NCBI GenBank assembly: GCA_051294375.1
Contig: CM119264.1
Location: 14,782,682 to 14,846,681, forward strand
DNA length: 64,000 nucleotides
Direction: 5' to 3'
DNA from: Paraspadella gotoi
Lineage: Eukaryota > Animalia > Chaetognatha
This document shows positions 51,201 to 61,781 of the stretch, piece by piece (positions within the stretch are counted from its first letter, which is position 1; the number at the start of each line of letters is the position of its first letter). The notes beneath the pieces are model-generated. The model searched no databases. It was not told the DNA's origin and saw only the letters and a list, made by a program, of their open reading frames with translations. The translations under genes were made by a program, and so were the position numbers.

Positions 51201-54200
51201 TTCGATTTGCTATTTAAATAAATTCTTCGAATATTGCTTGAAAAAAATAAATAAAAACAAGGTACGAAATAAATACAAATTGGTTAAATTTAAATACGAA
51301 CGAATTAAAAAACCTAAATAGAAAATTTAAAATCCGATTTTACTTTTAAAGACTTGAGTGAGAAAGGTAAGTGAAATAAAAAAAAGAAGAGGCATATAAA
51401 AAAAGAAGAATGAAAGTAGAATGTGCAGATAAAACGAAAGGGCCTTGATCCCCCACCTCCCCACCAGCCTTTTATTACTCACCGTCGCTTCTTTAACCGA
51501 TGCGTCGATGATCAGCGTCGGGGTGAAGGCGGCTTCACCGCGAAACCGGACAAAAATCTTGGAACTTGTGCCGGCTTCGCTTTGAAGACCCGTTTGAACG
51601 CACATTTGGTAAGAGTGGGCGCCGCTCATCGTCAGCGGCACCGGCTTCCACTGCAAGTGTAAAAAAGTTCAACGTTGAAGTGCATTGTTAGATGTTTACT
51701 GTTTGTTTAGCCCTCTGTGGTCGAACTTTCATCGACACACTTCCACTCTCCGATCCTCACCCTCTCAGCGTCCCTCAGATCCAGTCTCCTTGCGGGGACG
51801 ACCATGAGAGCGAAGATTCCGGCGACGACGACGACAACGACGAAAACGCCGGCGTTGTCGAGGGAGAGCGGAGGGATGTTGTCAAAGTCTATCTCATTGA
51901 CGGGAGGGATTAAGACACTTCCGCTAAAGACCCCGAAGAAGTTGCTCTTGAATTCCAATCGGCGACCGGACGACTTTCTCTTCACCTGCGGGGAGAAGAA
52001 TGGGACAAAAATTGTTGATTGCCCTCAAGACTCCATAAGTATAAAAATGAAAAGAGTGGAGCTGCTGCATTTGCGGTAATTTCTCGAGAAGTCGTCGCTG
52101 CGACTCACTGCGAGGTCGGAGGCTTCCCACGATTCACTTCCTGTGTTCCAATATCGCATCGCGAACGTCAAAGCATCGATCTTTCTCTTCGGAGAGGGGG
52201 GCGCGTCCCGGCAATTCCTCGCATCTGTCGAGTCGATGAAACTCGCATTATCAATAGGGCCAATCTATGTCGATTGGGTGGGTCAGAAGTTTGATTTGGG
52301 AACATTCCCAAATGAAACTTCATACATTTCTGGGAAAACTTTCAATGGACCAAATTTTTTTAAAATGGCTAGAAGCACTAGTAACTATTTTGTTAATATT
52401 TATTTGTAGATAGGAAACGTAAAGCCGTTTACAACCGTAAGCGAAGGCGAAGGCGATGTATTCGGTCTCGTTCGCGAGATTTCCCGGACTCCCGGCGACG
52501 AGCGACTTGGACCGGCGTTCGAGGATTCGCGCGGGGACGAAGATGGTGACGGAGGAGTCGAGGTCGAGCTCGATCACGTCGAAGATTTGGAACTTATTGC
52601 TGGCAGCGGGGGAAGGGGGAGAATTAGAAGTGTCAGACGATTGTTGAGGATTTTGTCAACCTTTGCTTGGTAACACTGTCCGGGCACTGTCTACTCAGTC
52701 AAGCATTGAAAGTCACTCACTGCGTTTTGAGAATGCCGCCTTCCACTTGGCCGCAATTTTCTCTTCTGACGCAACTTTGAGGGTCAGTTGTGCAGTTGGC
52801 GCCGAGAGTTTCTTCGAACGAGACCGAGTAGTCGCAGAAGGATGAGTTGGGAAGTTGAAACGGGTGAGATTCTTGGTTGCGGAAACGGATCATCGTCGCG
52901 TTGAGCAGGCGAAAGCCCTGAGGAAGTGACCGGCGATAGTTTAGAATTCGCCCTTTTTAAAAAGTCGCATCTTAGCCAAATTGTTTGTTTTTTTTCTCAC
53001 TTTTGGGTGAGGAATTTCTGCTCGAAAAGCGACGTTGAGGTTTTTGAGTTGGTATCTCCGCTGGACGATCGTCGTGTTCGGCGTGGAGTCATCGCAGACG
53101 AAGTTTGGGTCGTCGTCGTCTTGGGTTTGACGTCGTCGTCGACGACGGCGTTTCGTTTGGGGCTGTGATCCCTGTAGGAGCGACTCGGCTACCGGGATTT
53201 CTAGATTGCCGGGTAAATATAAGAGAAAATGAAAGCGACGAGATAGACAAAAAGAAGGTTGACCCAAAAATGACGCGAAAGTCGTAATAGTACTTATACA
53301 TTAAGGTGTAGTGAAAGTGGTAGATCAAAATTCGAATAGTTGATCATGAACATTGAACAGTCATGTACCAAAGAACATTGATATATAAAACAATTTTTTT
53401 TTCAATTTTTCAATTTTAGAAAATGTTAAAATTTTAAAATAGTTTTTTCTTAGTTTTTCAAGCAGATTCGAATTCCTAATAAAAAGTTGATAAAAGAAAA
53501 TATAAATCTTAATCAAAAATTCTTTCATTAAGTTAGCTAAAAATTTAAAAAACTCTACTATTCGAATTTTGAATCTACTTGATTTTAATATTTTTATTAC
53601 GCTTTATTATATATTGCAGGATGTAAGTATGTACAACAACATGTCTCACCAAATCGTATAGGAGAATTCGGAACAACTACGGTGCCGTTTTCCGTCGTCA
53701 TGTTGAAATTAACAACTGGAAGTTTGGGATCTTGTTCCGCTGCGACTTGGTTTACCCTCTTGGAGATCAGCGTGTTCCTTTCGACCACGCGAAGCTGAAC
53801 AAACAAATCCAATGAAATTGGTACAACCAATATAAACCAATATAATGATTAATTTGCTCTGGTTTTCTGATTTGCTTCTTAATCCGAACTAGGTAATTTT
53901 AATAAGAGATTCTAAGTATTTTTATTAATACTTGGTGAATAGAATCACCCGATAAAAACATATTTAAATTATAAAATCTCCTCTGAACAGACATCATTCG
54001 GTTTTACCGTACTATTCGAGGTAATCAAAAAGCTTCACCTTGACGACGACCTTCTGGTCGAGCTCAACTCTCGGCACAAACGCGACGCTGTCCAGCAACA
54101 CCCTCTTGTTTTCCAGGTTCTTCGCTTCCCTCTTCTCGATTTGAAAGCCGGCGGATGGGGTCTTGTATTCGATAATCTTGTCATCGGCGATGGTCTCCTC

Positions 54201-57200
54201 GACGGCGTTCTCACAAATGGTTAATTGCTTGTCGATGGAAGCTCCGATATTGCGCACCTGAGGAGTAAACAACTTAAAACCGTCCTCTTTGTTGTTGTAC
54301 ATAGTTAATTTTATTGATTTTGTTTATGCGGGGAAATGATTTTATCTTAGCTCCCGACACTTTTGAGCCGACTTATTCTTATTATTCACTCTCCAAACTA
54401 CCAACTACAAACAAACAACAACTACGAACTACAAACAAACAAACAACAAACTACGAACCGGAATGCTTTTAACCTTGAACCTGTAAGTATATCCACCAGG
54501 AAATATTAATTCGCAACCAGGGTTGTCCAAAGCTTCCCTTGATTTCAAATTTTAAATTTGTAATCTTACCTCATCGGTAGATGTCAAAGCATCCGTCTCA
54601 AAAAATTTATTCAGCAATCCCGTAGAAACCGCTAGAGTGGCTGACAAAGAAAAGGTTCAGACTTTCAATCTTTTTAACCTTATCGCCGCTAACCAAGCAA
54701 ACAGCCAAAGGCCTCTACCAACCCAGGCTGAACATTGACTAAATGAATTACCGTTCGAAATTTGATCAACCTCGTCCAACGTCTTTTTGCTTTTGTCGTA
54801 CGCGTTGTTAAGTCGCTCAAAATAAGTATTTGTCAAAGTGGCCGTCTTGTTGAGGACTCCTTCCGCCTGAAGAAATTTTTATTTCATCCGACTGCTGTCA
54901 AGCGATATATGTGAGCCCAAAAAAATCCGACGGTTTTATCATTTTTTGAGGGGAGAGAGTGTGGCAACGGAGAGACATGTGTGATGCCCGCGGTTTGAGG
55001 CAGGCTGGCGCTCAGGGCTTTGGACCTCCACTGGTCCTCCAGTGACTTCCACCACTGGCAAGTTTATGCCAGCACCATCACAGTTAACCAGCGATTGTAC
55101 CCAGAGCTCATTATTGGTAAGCAAGTACTTAGCTGTCCAAGCTCATGGGAAGAGATAAATTGAACCAGACTATACAGGAGGCAAATTTAGGATTCGCTAC
55201 AACACATCAATTGAATGACCTTTCCGGCTCTCAAGTCTAACCTTAGGTTCCAGTCGCGAAGTAGTGACTTCTGTCGCCCGACCAAGTAAGTTCAACGACG
55301 CCAAAGAATCGTCTTCCGACGTGGTTTTCGTGATCAGATCGAAGAGCGTCTCCAAAACGGCCTCGGTTTCATTCTTGGGACGAAAATGGACACAGTTAAA
55401 TAAAAAGAGAGGTCGATTACAGACTCTTTATTTCTCATCCTTTCCTTCTTATCTTATCTTATCTTATCTTCTAGCCCAACCTGTGTCTCTGCCGCTGTCT
55501 TCGCCAGGTTCAACGCTGCTTCCGACTTTTGCGTGGTCAAGGTCCCGTTGATCTCGATTCTGTCAATGAGTTCGTCCAAGCTCAATCCTGGCGCCGAACA
55601 CACGACAATCTCGGCTTCCAGATTAGCTGAACAATTGATTGACAAGGATGAAATAGAAGCTCACAGTTGATAGTATTTCTGCGGTTTAATTTTAAAAAAA
55701 AATTGTTATCGTTTATACCGTTGACCAAGTCGGGGATATCGCGTCCGATTCCGTTGTAGTCTTCGGTATTGGCCGCTTCTACAAGCGAGTAGACGACCGT
55801 CTCTAACTTTACCGCAGCGACGGCGACATCGGCGACGGCGTTGCGGCGGCGCCTTCTCGCGAGGGTGATCCTCGAGGCGGTCGATCCTTCTGGGCAATCG
55901 TCGACGAGCGGATCGCTGGCCCGGCGGCGGCGGCGCTGCTGCTGAGGAATCGACAGCTGAAAGCAGAAGCCGCTGGCGCCGTAAGATCCGGGGGTGCAGC
56001 GGGTGTCGTCTGCGGAAAGAAATAACGCGCGGTCAGGTTGGTTCCAAGGTTTGACCAACGGCCTAGCTAATCCTCACCCAAAATAAGGGGAACGCCGGTG
56101 TCGAAAACGCTATAAGTGTTGCTCGATTCGCTGCCACAGGAGGCGTTATTCTGCGACGCGCACACTTCGCAAACTCCCTGTTTTCTAGAGTCAGGAATGG
56201 AAGATGCATCCAAGAAGCTGCACGTGCAAAGCGTGACCTTGGTAGTGGTTTTCGGTGAAAGAACTTTCAAATATTTTAATCTGTCTGCATAACAATCGCC
56301 GTAAGAATCGTCACCTGAATGACAGCCAGCGGCGCCTGTAACTCCGAGCACCTGGCAATGCAAGCGCCCGGCGTCCACGGATCGAGTGGAGATTGCGTCT
56401 GATCTAATCTCTGCAGGAATGGCCGCGTCTTTAAGCAACCTTGATAACCGGGATACTGCGTCGTGTCGGGTTCTGTATTTGAATAAAAAAGAAATCTAGA
56501 AAAAGATGAGAAAAAAGTCGACAAAATAAAATATGTAATGATATTTTAAAGAAAAAACAAATAAAAATAAAAGGAAGTCCTCCATGTGACGCAAAAGAGG
56601 ATTTCACACATCCGGGTCACCTTTAACCGGGGATGAGGCGTTCGTGGAAACTTGGTTTTCGCTCGAGTACAAGCACTGCACGGTGAAAAAGTCGGTATCG
56701 AAAGTGATGGTTCGTGAGGAGTTGACCCAAACCAGAACCTCGAACATTACACGTCCTCGAAAATCGATGCTCTATAACGGAATTGGGGGAAGTGGCGTGA
56801 AAAAATAGAAGAAGAAAAGAAGAAAAAATGATGGTTATTAGTTCAGATAAGTGTTAGAAAGTTAAATTGATAGACATTAGGAGGAATACGATTGAAAAAG
56901 GAGAAATATATATCGGAGATCTATCTTTCTTAGTAGCCTCACCTCCTGCGGACATCCCCCAAGTCTCGTGGCCATGTAGACCTTCGCGTTGGACTCGACC
57001 CTGAAACTTCCCTTTTGGGTGCACACTGTTCTCGTTCCGGGCTCCAAAAAGTGGATGTTGTCCTTCTTGAGGATGTGGCGGTTGGTATCCGTGATTTTCC
57101 AAGAGACTTGCATATAATGAACATTGTTGCGCTGGATGCACTCGATTTGCGGGACGGTGGGGTCGAAGCTTCGACGTTCTGGTCTGGGTCCAAAAGGATA

Positions 57201-57609
57201 GCCGATAGTCATTGGCAGAGACTTGACTTGAAAGGCATTTGTCCAACGAGGGACTACCTCACTCTCAAAGCTGTCTAAGATGGCAGAGAGATATCTTTTA
57301 AGATGCTCTCGTCATTGTCTTTGTCGTTTATTTTCGTTCGCCTCTCATTATCCAAATTCAAACGAAATTTTCCTTTAAATTATTCTAGATTGTATTTCTT
57401 TTATATGCCAAAGTTCCTATCTCCTCACTATCTTAATTTTTACTTACCTATTCACTAACCCGCTAACCCACTTACCTATTTCGGTCCCTAGTCCTTTTCA
57501 CGTTTTGACTTTCCAAAACCAGCCCGTTCAGATTTGGCACATCGTCACTCGATACGCACTGTGTAAAAACCCAAGTCAAAAGCACAAGGAAGAGTTTCAC
57601 GTTCGTCAT
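36565..57609 (-). CDS. Polycystin-1-like (PKD1L-type) receptor-channel, over 30 exons
   Basis: Signal peptide exon 57609-57476 (MTNVKLFLVLLTWVFTQCVSS); WSC-like YQGC...TPGACIARC...CTC...CG (56470-56090); GAIN/GPS-like RYWNTGSESWEAS; TM1; PLAT split across 51653-51483 and 45280-45083; RFSRVQRLSCC; LPWWF...YFL; YDGGSY; TRAISLEFTIYNANVNLF; FFVLNLFVAVV; stop at 36565. One apparent frameshift near 40230. Confidence 0.92.
39454..40079. mobile_element. Tc1/mariner-type MITE in a polycystin intron
   Basis: ~30-bp TIRs CACTGCGGCGCAAAAAAAAAGTAGCCACTT / AAGTGGCTACTTTTTTTTTTGCGCCGCAGCG, TA on the left, AT-rich non-coding interior. Confidence 0.85.
41742..43609 (-). CDS. CoA-dependent acyltransferase (condensation-domain/alcohol acetyltransferase-like), ~575 aa, nested in a polycystin intron
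   Basis: Exons 43609-42236 and 42095-41742 (phase-0 GT-AG intron containing the GA repeat). Motifs RHPLLR, GPLWRV, FHHSILDG, AVNFRR, ISNRG; N-terminal hydrophobic anchor. Confidence 0.9.
45702..51200 (-). CDS. Orphan multi-pass membrane protein nested in a polycystin intron
   Basis: Phase-compatible GT-AG exons 48770-48702, 48553-48399, 48298-48185, 47922-47697, 46192-46076, 45989-45924, 45838-45702 encode about 6 hydrophobic segments. The 160-aa basic ORF at 51200-50720 and exons near 50624-50463 and 50235-50130 are the probable 5' part. Confidence 0.65.
46947..47182 (+). repeat. Interspersed repeat family C (SINE-body-like), copy 1
   Basis: Diverged inverted copy at 54960-55192 shares ggacagctaagtac, gtgatggtg, ggtccaaagccctgagcgccagc and cacacatgtc.ctccgttgccac. 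Confidence 0.8.
54960..55192 (-). repeat. Interspersed repeat family C, copy 2
   Basis: Reverse complement of the 46947-47182 element. Confidence 0.8.
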
Positions 57610-60600
57610 GATTCCGAGGCACGCGGTTCCGTCGTTTCGTAAATGTGCCTTACTGGATCGTTATCAATATGTGCCGTACCCGCTTTATCACCGTCTCTCG
57701 ATTTGACGACAACTTCATATTTGCGTCTCTTTTCGTCAATCGGACGCAGACGAATCAAAATGTCCCGCTACTTTTTGCCAACTTGAATGTGATTTTTTTC
57801 GTCGAAAAGAAATTTAAAAAAACTTTTCCGGTTTCCGTTTCAAAGAATCTTAATTGTAGTTTACTTAACCAAGAGGGATCGAAAAAAAAAATTACGTCTA
57901 ACGTTTATTCAGTCGTTTCTGGATCCTTCTGCGGTTGTGCAACCTGTTTTATTACGACCGGGAGCCACAAACCAGTTTTTAAAAATTTAAACACGAAGAT
58001 ATGAATGTCATTTTTGCGAATACACGTTTTATATACTCATAATGCTTTTCTTGGTCTGTAAAACTCTCTCCCGTTTTTAAATTCAAAATAGTAGATTCAG
58101 CAGGGGGTCAGATAAATAGACCCTCTCTTGTATACTTCGGAGTTCGGACGAAGTATTTAGTAAGCCTTTCCTGGCAGGAAGAATCTATTATTATATCTAT
58201 TATTACTATATCTATTATTATTATTCATTTTCTACCGCATTAAAGGTAAAGAAGTGTCAGATATGGGCCGCATATTGAGGGCAAACCACTCTGTCAATCT
58301 TTCTCGCATTATTCACAGCGGGTAACGAACCCCGAACCGCGAGGTGGGAGGAGAGAAGGAAATCTTTACGCCACACGGACGCTCTGGGGAACCCCAAAGT
58401 TTTGCGTGGGATGAGCGTGTCACTGCATTCAACAATTTCAAACTCCTACCTATTTTCAGGGCGCATTTGAGAAAAAGGGTCATTCAAATCAACTTGAAAA
58501 TAGTCAGAAATGAATTAAATGATTTAAAAAGCTGAGCTCCTGGCGATTTCAAAAATGCTTTCATTTGAAACATTTGATGCATTCTACGCCATTTTATATC
58601 GGTTTTAATTATAATAGAAACCTATCTGAAGAGTTGCAGGTCAAACGAAAAGGCCAATCCATTTGATATTTATTATTATTATTATTATTTATGAATTTTT
58701 TTAGTGAATTAGAAAAATGTAATAAAGAGACATTTTTAGATTTCAACTTGTATCCTTGAAAATGAAACGTTTTTAAACTTTAACCCTGAATTCTTTCTAA
58801 GTGGAACACGTTTATCGAAATGTCTCTCTATTACATTTTCACAAATGTTTTTAAGATTGCTAATCAAATTTTTAAATCAATATTATTGCAATCGTTTAGG
58901 CTGCAACTCTTTAAATTCAGTGTAGTAGGAGTCTACGTTGTTCTTAGAGATGGAGGAAGAATTTTTTAATGGAGATTTTCTTTCAAATCTGACTACCAAA
59001 CAATATAAACGCTCCTGGTAAAAATTCTGGTAAAATATCGATGTAAAAACACTTTATTCCGATCCTGTTGCATCTGAAGGGCTCGCATTTTTTTTCTCTT
59101 GTCAAATCATCAACATCTTGATATCAAACAAACCAGAACAAATAGACTGCTTCTGGACAGAAAAATTTTCCATCTATGTTTTTATATAGAAATGAAAGGG
59201 ATTTTTTTTCCTTGAAAACGATATAAACATGACTGAGGTATGTTCCTGTTTGGAATCTTTTGGCAAAGTGTCTGAAGGGCTCTCAAAATTTTTCTTTACA
59301 TTTTATTTGGTTATTTTGATATGATACAATCATGGTAAAGTGAATAAGTCCATTTTGGTGAAATTTTTATTCAAAGTAAAAGTAAAAGAGGAGCTAACGA
59401 TCGGAATTCTAAGAGTTTTCAACCGGGAGTCAGATTCGGAAAAAATCTTCTATGGCGAAAATCTTCCAAAGAAGGGGTGAATTTTATATATATTAACAAT
59501 ATTGCCATCATTCTAGTTCATTCTACCTTGGCCGGTATAAGAATATATTAAAAAAACCTTGGGCTTTGTTCGTCAGAGCTTAGTCCTTAGTGTAGATTCA
59601 GTGTAGATCAAATTTCTTTACCATCTATTTAACTAAAGATTTTGTTCAAGACTGGAAAACCAACAGAGTAACAAGATTAATTGTTTAACTCCCCCCTTCT
59701 AAATTTGCCTTTACCGTGTTTTAACTTCTTGCCTAGAATTTTTTAACAACCAGATTGAAAGACAATCTTTAAAAAATGTGCTTACCAATTTAACTTAACA
59801 ATTTTGTTATTTACAGATTTTAAAAAAAATATTTAAAACAAGAATGTTTACATATAAATAAAAACTTTTTTTTTTGTGATTACTGGTGATTACGATGTAT
59901 TTCTCGATGTATTAGCTCTAATACATCAAAGATTATGCATTGTTAAGTTGAATGACCTTTCCTCTTAAAGACCTTCGAAAAATTCGAGTTAAGATTTTTT
60001 TTTTTATTTTTAAAGAAATTCTTCAGCTTCAACGAACCAACTTACGGACAACTATAACCGATTATCCTCGAGCAATAGTCAATAGTCGCCTCACCATGTT
60101 TAAAATTGCAAGACAATGCAACAAAATGCCTTAACTAAAATTCAGTATCGTTTAGAATGAAACAAAAATTGAGCCTCACTCGTGAATCAAGTTGAGGCGT
60201 TAGGGAGGGCGAGGAGGAGGGGTCGCACGATTGTGGGCGGGAAAAGTGAAGGGGGCTTTGTTGATATGGCAGAGAGGAATAGGGTGAGAGGTGACTGCAT
60301 GAAAATTGTCGGGCGAGAATAAAGGGGGAAAAAGGGAGTGATGTATGAATCGCTGAGGCGCTGTATAATGATTAATGATAGAGAGGGGCTGTCGCGAACA
60401 GATATCCAAACCCAGAAGCTAAACGCGAAACGTCGGTTGTGACTTGTGAGTCAGAAGCGTGAATCGATTTGAAACGCTTAGCGGGAATTGTATTCCAGTG
60501 AGTCATCGAAGACGGATGTGGGGATGTAATTAAAGTCAGCGGCAACAGAAAAAAAAAAGAAATATGTTTCAAAATAAAAACTCTTCGATTCAAATTCTAA

Positions 60601-61781
60601 AATTGAAAAAAACATTGAAAATAAAAAAAAGGGATACGGCATCGTTAAGGCCAATAAAAATCGTTCAATTTAAAACAGCATTAAGTTACGAGCAAAGAAT
60701 ATAACCAAAGCAATACTGAAAACAAAGACGTTAATTTAAATCATTAAACTTTTCTGTGGGAAGATTCGAAGAACAAAGAGTCTCTTTATCATTTATAATT
60801 CAAAGATCCTTTTATCTTCTCGAATAAAAGTAGTAATTTTCAGAAGTACTTAGTATTGAAAAAAAAGTTTTTATGTCCATCTTTTCTAAGGGAGTTGAGA
60901 GGCTAAAATTTTTTAATGGTTGACTTTTTGGAATCTTTACCGCATTACTACTACACGTAATAACGATCTGACCACAAAAATGACAGAAATAACCAATTTC
61001 TATTAACAGGATAATGTGTTATACGTTATACTAAGGTACTTCACTAGAATTCGTAGATAGCTTTTATTTTCGAATCATGCTACTCTAAGTACTCATTTAA
61101 ATCTAAGCTAATCTTTATTTCTACAATAAATTATCAAATAATTTTTTTTCGTGACTCGAATGGTAATAAATTCATCCGATTTTTAAATCCATCCAAGTGA
61201 AGAAAAACAAATCCCAAGGTTCGAGTTTAAAATCATCGAGTAAACAAAAACTGGGATCTGGGATTCGCTTCGGTGACGTCACGAGGTAAAGAAAAGCGAG
61301 GGAGAAGAAAAATGGGAGAGAGAGTGAAGGAGAAAGAGTGAGAGAGTGTCTGGACCGATGGGTTTCTCTACCGCTATATGGTGAATATACAAACTCATGA
61401 CCACCCGTTAAGCTTGAACTATTACTTTCACTCGAGTTGATCCTGATCGTTTTGAAAAGAAAATTAAAATCTCCGAGTTTAGGTGTTTGGCATTAGAATT
61501 TTTTTTATTTATGTTATTCAATTTGTGCACGTATTCATTCCAGCAAAGCTAAAAGGTTTTAAATAACGAGGACATTAATTATCGTTATTAATAAGAATAT
61601 TTTGTTCCCTAATTAAAAATAAATCATGGTGTAGCGATCACTAGATGATTAAAAAAAAATGGTCAAGCATCGGCGCATGCTGTCACCGTCAATTCCACAC
61701 GCGAGATCCCGCGAAAATCCGAACCGCCCTCTCGCCTCCAGTTTTCCTGACTCATCGACTCTCGCTCTACCCGATCTCGCA

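Noticed and set aside
58080-58900. DNA-transposon-like tract with short inverted repeats (58713-58736 vs 58818-58840)
   Set aside because: No clear termini or coding motif; cannot classify.
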